From: Thermodesulfobacteriota bacterium
GTDB lineage: Bacteria > Desulfobacterota > Binatia > Bin18
Reading direction: 5' to 3'
DNA length: 64,000 nt
Assembly: GCA_964291405.2 (NCBI GenBank)
Contig: OZ219926.1
Span: 1,440,001 to 1,504,000 of the forward strand
A program made the position numbers and the translations under genes. This document shows, piece by piece, positions 58,495 to 64,000 of the stretch (within the stretch, counting starts at the first letter, position 1; each line of letters begins with the position of its first letter). The notes beneath the pieces were generated by a model. That model worked only from the letters and a program-made list of their open reading frames with translations, did not search any database and was not told where the DNA came from.

Positions 58495-58694
58495 TACCGA
58501 GTCTTTTCGATTTCGGCGAGGGCCTGTTCGAGCGGGATGGCTTCATCCTGGGTTGATTTGGCCGCGTCATAGGCTTTGAGCGATTCCAGTTCTTCCAATT
58601 CCTGAAGCAACTTGGCGTACTCGTCCATACCCAATAACACGGCTATCCGCCTTCCATCCTTATCAGTCACAAAACGTTCATGGACGGCACTCAT
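58494..58694 (-). CDS. cognate antitoxin
   Basis: 66 aa, acidic; FVTDKDGRRIAVLL..EY..LLQELEELE; 1-nt overlap with the toxin start. Confidence 0.85.
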   Translation of the reverse strand: MSAVHERFVTDKDGRRIAVLLGMDEYAKLLQELEELESLKAYDAAKSTQDEAIPLEQALAEIEKTR

Positions 58695-58805
58695 ACCGAC
58701 TCCTTTCCCCGCGACCAGGAAACCGAAGTGGACTCTTTAGATCGCACCATACCACAACCTGACGGCGCTCCTAAAGACTCCGCCGGCTGCGGTACGGAAT
58801 GACAG

Positions 58806-60035
58806 TTACACAAAGCGCGGGCTGGTATACACGGGCAGACCAAAGGTACGCCGCCCGAGCAGGGCTTTGCCTTCCATACCGGCAAAGGGCTGATGGATAA
58901 CCGCGGCCCGCACGTCGCGGTACATCTGTTCCATGGGGTTCTTCTTGAACAGGGCCGCGCCACCGACCATGCGCATGGCTTTATCAACCACCTGAACGCA
59001 GGCTTCCATCACAAACTGAAAACACGAGATCAGATTAATGAGGTCTTCCTGGGTTCGCACTGTGACGTCGTCGTGGGCGGCAACGGCCTGATGCAGCATG
59101 GCCCGTGCCGAGCGCAGACCGATTTCCATGTCCGCGGCCAGGAGTTGATTGCTCGGATAGTGGGTCATGGGCTGGTCAAACGGCTCTTGTTTCCGTCCAG
59201 CAACCCAGTTCATGGCGTAATCGCGCGCCGCCTGGGCCAGGCCGATATAACACGCCGGGCCGGAGGCCACCCACCACGAGGCGGTGATGTCGGCGATGGC
59301 GTCCCAGCTTTGGGCCGGTCGTAACACTGCGGCATCGTCGGGAACAAAAACATTATTCCAGACGACATCATTACTCTGCGAGGAACGGATGCTCATCGTA
59401 TCCCAGTTGGTCTGAATTTCGACGCCCTCGGCCGTGGTCGGAAAGAAGCACAGCAGGCATTGCGGGCCGTTGTCCGGGTCCTCATAGCGTGCGGTCGTCA
59501 GCAGATAGTCGGCTCCCGCGGACATGGTGCCGAAGCCGCTTTTGCCGTTCAGCCGGTAGCCGCCGTCCACTCTGGTCGCCTGACGGGTGGTATCGTTGAT
59601 GCCGGCAAAGCCGACCGAGCTGTTCATTTTTGGATCGCTGACTGGTCCCCCGAAAATCAGGCCGTCGGTCACTGTCGCCCTGAGCATGGGCTCCAGGGCG
59701 TCCACCTGTGGCCCCTCGCCCTTCTGATTGAGCCGCCACAGGTCGGCCAGAATGGAGACCACGATGTGGTGCATATTAACGGCAATGGCCATGGGCAGGT
59801 CGCCGTAGGCCAGACGTTCCTGGGCCAGCGCAATATCCAGCGGTGTGGCGCCGGCGCCGCCCAGCTCTTCCGGGACGATGAGCGCGGTATAGCCCGAGGC
59901 CTTCATGGCCGCCACGTTTTCATGCGGAAAGCTGCTGTCCGCATCGTGCTCGGCCACCCGCGTTTGGAAATCGTCAGCATGCTTCGCGGCCATATCAATC
60001 AAGCGCTGCTGACGCTCGGTTGGATTCGTTGCCAT
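58806..60035 (-). CDS. acyl-CoA dehydrogenase-fold flavoprotein
   Basis: FPHEN..VPEELGGAG, NMH, GYRLNGKSGF, WDTMSIRSSQS, GGAA..PMEQMYRDVRA; AAGGAGG RBS. Confidence 0.9.
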   Translation of the reverse strand: MATNPTERQQRLIDMAAKHADDFQTRVAEHDADSSFPHENVAAMKASGYTALIVPEELGGAGATPLDIALAQERLAYGDLPMAIAVNMHHIVVSILADLWRLNQKGEGPQVDALEPMLRATVTDGLIFGGPVSDPKMNSSVGFAGINDTTRQATRVDGGYRLNGKSGFGTMSAGADYLLTTARYEDPDNGPQCLLCFFPTTAEGVEIQTNWDTMSIRSSQSNDVVWNNVFVPDDAAVLRPAQSWDAIADITASWWVASGPACYIGLAQAARDYAMNWVAGRKQEPFDQPMTHYPSNQLLAADMEIGLRSARAMLHQAVAAHDDVTVRTQEDLINLISCFQFVMEACVQVVDKAMRMVGGAALFKKNPMEQMYRDVRAAVIHQPFAGMEGKALLGRRTFGLPVYTSPRFV

Positions 60036-60071
60036 GTTTGAAACCTCCTTGCTTTCCATGCGCTCTGTTCT

Positions 60072-60118
60072 AACCGGACAGGCGTCAGGTTCGTATCAGA
60101 CAAACCGGACAAGCGTCA
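60072..60118. repeat. two 16-bp direct repeats (31-bp period) in the divergent promoter region
   Basis: AACCGGACAGGCGTCA (60072) and AACCGGACAAGCGTCA (60103), one mismatch. Confidence 0.75.
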
Positions 60119-60261
60119 AATTTTAGTCCATTAGCCGTCCCCGCATGACTGCTCACTCGGCTCGTGACACTTGTCGCCGCGTCCCGGTCCAGCCGTCCCA
60201 GGGCAGGTTCGAGTGGCCAGGCCACCAGGGCCGTGCTACACACACGACAGGAGGGCAGATT

Positions 60262-61065
60262 ATGACACAGCCATCAACTTCCACCGCTCACGAGCAGCCG
60301 AGCTACGACTGGCCCACGCTAATCGATGAACTCAACCGCCGTCTCCACCTGCGCGCCACGCCAATCGGCATGAAATGGTTTACCTCGGTCGAGGAAATGG
60401 AGGCGATTCCCCGGCTCCGGCGTCCCAAGAATATCCACACCGCCGACCAACTCGTCGCCCAGGCCGCCCGGCTCAACTGGACTGTCGGCCTGACGGCAAA
60501 AGACCTGGTCGGCAGCCAGTGCTCGGCCGTGTTGGGTCTCGCCCCCCAGGACGAGGAGTGGCGGTGCGGCAAAACCATGGCCGGAGTGTGGTTTGAGACT
60601 GAGCAGGACTCGGCCGCCCACCAACAGGCCATGGATGTCGTACCCTACGGCCGCTATCAGGCCCTGGCGGTCTCGCCGCTGGTGTCTGGTCGGCTCAATC
60701 CGCCGGATATCTGTCTGATTTACGCCACCCCGGCCCAGATGATCCTGCTGATCAACGGCCTGCAATGGACGGGCTATAGAAAAATGCAGTGGGGCAGCGT
60801 GGGCGAGTCGGCCTGCGCCGACTCCTGGGGACGGGCCAAGCTGACCGGGGAGCCGAGCGTCTCGATTCCGTGCTATGCCGAGCGGCGCTACGGGGGCGTG
60901 CTTGAGGATGAGCTGCTGATGGCCATGCCGCCCCACTACCTGCCGAAAGCCCTGGACGGCCTGGCCCGGTTGGCCAAGAACGGGCTATCCTACCCTATTC
61001 CCCAGTACGGCATCCAGAGCGATGCACGGGCGGGTCTGGGCTTCAGCTACAAAGACGTGAAGTAG
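60262..61065 (+). CDS. DUF169 family protein
   Basis: L.LRATPIGMK, PPDICLIYATPAQM, ESACAD, IPCYAERRYGG..DELL; AGGAGG RBS before ATG 60262. Confidence 0.85.
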   Translation: MTQPSTSTAHEQPSYDWPTLIDELNRRLHLRATPIGMKWFTSVEEMEAIPRLRRPKNIHTADQLVAQAARLNWTVGLTAKDLVGSQCSAVLGLAPQDEEWRCGKTMAGVWFETEQDSAAHQQAMDVVPYGRYQALAVSPLVSGRLNPPDICLIYATPAQMILLINGLQWTGYRKMQWGSVGESACADSWGRAKLTGEPSVSIPCYAERRYGGVLEDELLMAMPPHYLPKALDGLARLAKNGLSYPIPQYGIQSDARAGLGFSYKDVK

Positions 61066-61427
61066 GCAGGCCGACCCAGCTCACGAAGTTGAGACAAGCC
61101 GGACACCCGGCCCTGAGCCGGGCGAGCCCTCCCCAAGCTCTCGCCATTTATACTCACAATATGTTACCTCCGGCAACGGGGTCACGGTCGTCCCGCCCTG
61201 CTGCTCCTCAGTCGCCTTAAACCTTAGCTTTCCCTCTGCAACGACCGTCTTCTCTCTGTGCTACCTCGCCTGCCCTCCCTCTGCGCCATATTCTCTTGCT
61301 TATCTCTCTCCCTTCTGCCAATACTTTGACATGTACCCCATGTGGCTAGAAAATGGAGCAGGCAGCATGAAAAATATATCCAGAGGCATACTGATGACCT
61401 AATCCGGCTTCCGTAGGCGAACTTCCT

Positions 61428-62129
61428 ATGCCGATCCCCACACCGAAGTCCACAAACGACTCCGCCAGTGGCGGGGCTGGCCAGACAACGGCGATACTCA
61501 TCGAGGACCACCCGCTTTTTCGGGACGCGCTGCTACAAGTTCTGAATTCCTCACAAGAGTTCGTGGTGGTCGGCGCTTATGGCTCTGCAACCGCTCTCTG
61601 GGATTCCCCGCCAAAGTCACCTCCGCTGCTAGTGTTGGTGGACCTTCTTCTGCCAGACGGTGACGGGGTATTACTGGTGAAGGAGTTCGCACGTCGCTTT
61701 CCTGAGGCACGTGCGGTCATCTTGACTGCATACACGGACGAATGGAATCTTGAAAGGGCACGGAACGCCGGAGTTTGGGCGTTCATCGGGAAAACGACGG
61801 AGCCGGAGACGATCCTGTCGACTCTGCGGACCGTGGCCGGAGGCCAGAAAGTTTTTCCGCGACAGCGCTCAGTTTCGCCGAGCGCGCGCGGCGAGCTGCA
61901 GAATACCTCCCGATTTGCATCCCCGACCCGGATTTTTCAGCTCAGTGCCCGGGAACGCGAAGTCGCTCGCTTGCTAGCAGCCGGATGCTCGAATCAAGAT
62001 ATTGCCCATACGCTCTATATCAGTCACGGCACGGTCAAATTGCACGTTTCGAGCATTTACGAAAAACTCCAACTCCACGAACGCTCGCAGGCCATCGTAT
62101 ATTTGTTGGAGCATAAGAATCTTCTGTAA
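61428..62129 (+). CDS. NarL/LuxR-family response regulator
   Basis: EDHPLFR, DLLLPDGDG, LT, FIGK; LSAREREV..G.SNQDIA..TVKLHVSSIYEKL. Confidence 0.93.
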   Translation: MPIPTPKSTNDSASGGAGQTTAILIEDHPLFRDALLQVLNSSQEFVVVGAYGSATALWDSPPKSPPLLVLVDLLLPDGDGVLLVKEFARRFPEARAVILTAYTDEWNLERARNAGVWAFIGKTTEPETILSTLRTVAGGQKVFPRQRSVSPSARGELQNTSRFASPTRIFQLSAREREVARLLAAGCSNQDIAHTLYISHGTVKLHVSSIYEKLQLHERSQAIVYLLEHKNLL

Positions 62130-62146
62130 CGACGCAGGATCATCCC

Positions 62147-63733
62147 ATGAGCCAGCCGCCAGAAAAAGCCTGCTTCGCGTCAGCTGACAACGCCTCTTCC
62201 GAGCGAAAACAAACCGCGCAAATAGAAAGAAAGCGCAACGAGACCGGTTTGACAGGCAGCTTGTTGGGGCGAGCACTACTCAATGGGATTATCTGTTTGC
62301 TGCTCGTGATCGCAGCAACCCGTCTCGGGGATGTCCCATTGCACATCGGTAGCATCGTTATCGCAAGCCTCACGCTACTTAGTTTTCTGGTCATCGAATT
62401 GTCCCCTTATCACGTGTTTGCCTTCCCGGCCGGGGTAGCCGCGTGCCTGATGTTCCTCTTGTGGGGACCTGGCGTAGCCCCGCTTATTATCACCGGTTGG
62501 ACCCTATCGATTATTATCCAGTATGCACTCTGGCAACGGCGGCGGTGGTCCTTTTCGCCTCATTCCCTGGAAGCGCTAGAACACGCCACGTTCCCCTTCA
62601 CCCTCATACACCTCATCCAGAGGCGGGTTCCCCCCATGGTGGACTGGATCACCGCCATGATCGTCAGCACCCCCTTCTATCACTTCAGTGGTGGCCAATT
62701 TCCCACACGAATGGAAACCTGGGCCGAGCTGGGTACGGTCACCGGGTTTCTTTTGAGCGTTAACCTTGTCTGGCTGGGGATCTGCGAAGTGCGCGCGAGA
62801 CTGTGGAGGATAGGGTCTCACCTAAGCCAACCGGAGAGTTTTCGGCTGTTTACGCGCACGTTGCTCGCGGTGTTTGTGCCCCTGCCCGGCACAGTCCTGA
62901 TTCTGTTTGCCCTCAGTCAATATTCCGACAAGGGGGCAATGATATTGATCCTGAGCACAGGGGCGAGCGTACCGCTCCATTACGCGCTCAAGTCGTTTCT
63001 CACCGCAAACGTTTCCTACCTCAAAGTCCAACAAGAACAGGATAGGCATCGGCAAGCGGTCATGTTGGCCAGCCATACGTCTCTGATTGTCCACGAAGTT
63101 TTACACGAAGTCGGTACGCTGAATCTGCTCCTTCACCTCTCGGAGCAAACACTTCGTAAGGATGGCACAAGTCAGATGAGCCTGAGATCCACACTGGCAG
63201 ATATGCGACAAGTTGTGCAGCAACTTGAGCGAGCTATTGAGCAGTTCCGAGTGTATCTACGGCAACAAGGAGGGCAATACGAGCCGTTGTCTATCCAGGA
63301 GGTAGTACGAGAGGCGATTGAAACGTTACGCATTCGATCAGAGCATATCTTTCGTGTCCACACGGATGGCATTAGTAACGCAGACCTCGTGTTGGGAGAC
63401 ACGCTTTTAGTCGAGAATGCCGTGCAGAATGTCTTGCGGAATGCGTTGGAAGCCTCGCCGCCTGCTGGACCGATTGGGCTTGAATTGACCAAAGACGAAA
63501 TCGGGCGAAACATTCAAATTAGTATAGTAGATAGAGGGTCTGGTATGACCCCGGAAGGAGTGGAAGAGGCGTTTAACCCCTACCATACGACTAAAACAAA
63601 AGGACTTGGGTTAGGGCTCTACCTCGCACGTGAGATTATTGAAGCTCATGGTGGGTACGTCAAGATTACCTCGCAGCTGCATAAGGGAACGACAGTCCTT
63701 CTCTCGCTGCCTCTGCTGGAGCGTACCCCTTAG
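62147..63733 (+). CDS. membrane-bound sensor histidine kinase
   Basis: Multiple TM helices; HE box, NVLRNALEA, DRGSGM, FNPYHTTK, GLGLGL. Confidence 0.9.
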   Translation: MSQPPEKACFASADNASSERKQTAQIERKRNETGLTGSLLGRALLNGIICLLLVIAATRLGDVPLHIGSIVIASLTLLSFLVIELSPYHVFAFPAGVAACLMFLLWGPGVAPLIITGWTLSIIIQYALWQRRRWSFSPHSLEALEHATFPFTLIHLIQRRVPPMVDWITAMIVSTPFYHFSGGQFPTRMETWAELGTVTGFLLSVNLVWLGICEVRARLWRIGSHLSQPESFRLFTRTLLAVFVPLPGTVLILFALSQYSDKGAMILILSTGASVPLHYALKSFLTANVSYLKVQQEQDRHRQAVMLASHTSLIVHEVLHEVGTLNLLLHLSEQTLRKDGTSQMSLRSTLADMRQVVQQLERAIEQFRVYLRQQGGQYEPLSIQEVVREAIETLRIRSEHIFRVHTDGISNADLVLGDTLLVENAVQNVLRNALEASPPAGPIGLELTKDEIGRNIQISIVDRGSGMTPEGVEEAFNPYHTTKTKGLGLGLYLAREIIEAHGGYVKITSQLHKGTTVLLSLPLLERTP

Positions 63734-63902
63734 CAATTCTCCCTTATACTCCGCTCTTCTCACTCCTCAGCCGTTGATCTGGACCAGCCTGCGATGCTGA
63801 TCCACCAACCCACAAAAAATATATCTACAGCCATATTCTGCTCTCGAAACGAAACCTGGTAAGTTTTCGTACCGGGTTAAGATGAGTGAAAGAAGGAGTA
63901 AT

Positions 63903-64000
63903 ATGACACTTCACCTAAATGCCTTTACCCAATGCTCTCCCTGTCCCCAGTCGAAGGGGCAATGGAAACATCCTCACGACCGCTCGTCGTGGGGCTACCG
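63903..64000 (+). CDS. 5' end of an NtaA/DszA-type FMN-dependent monooxygenase (partial)
   Basis: AAGGAG RBS; MTLHLNAFTQCSPCPQSKGQWKHPHDRS.. fits the HLNAF..G.W.HP N-terminus. Confidence 0.7.
   Translation, partial: MTLHLNAFTQCSPCPQSKGQWKHPHDRSSWGY

Noticed and set aside
61224-61511. 95-aa minus-strand ORF
   Set aside because: Overlaps the response regulator start and promoter; low-complexity, no RBS or motif.
1-64000. CRISPR arrays, tRNA, rRNA
   Set aside because: No regularly spaced repeats or RNA-gene signatures seen in the intergenic regions by eye.

Overview
This is a GC-rich bacterial chromosomal region made almost entirely of catabolic and redox genes. It holds 3 cytochrome P450s, 3 Baeyer-Villiger-type flavin monooxygenases (BVMOs), 2 Rieske oxygenase alpha/beta pairs, luciferase-like monooxygenases (one F420-type), amidohydrolases, SDRs, GSTs, 2 class III aminotransferases and a hydantoinase/oxoprolinase pair. 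It also carries 2 type II toxin-antitoxin modules, a sigma54 activator, a LysR regulator and a two-component system. No rRNA, tRNA, CRISPR array or intact mobile element was seen. Four signals are missed by the ORF track. (1) An AhpD/CMD-family gene is split by an in-frame UGA in a C-F-L-U motif and followed by a SECIS-like hairpin (30192-30773); it is probably a selenoprotein and heads an oxygenase operon. (2) Two back-to-back cargo insertions each left a diverged orphan copy of the host gene's 3' end, preserving the old aminotransferase>terminator<BVMO junction at 24655-25031; several more orphan gene ends occur elsewhere. (3) A complete sigma54 enhancer/IHF/promoter set drives a small YHS-like protein coupled to a ferritin-like metalloprotein. 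(4) A cluster of small indels at about 54.0-55.3 kb looks more like consensus error than gene decay. All calls come from reading motifs by eye; no database searches were run.
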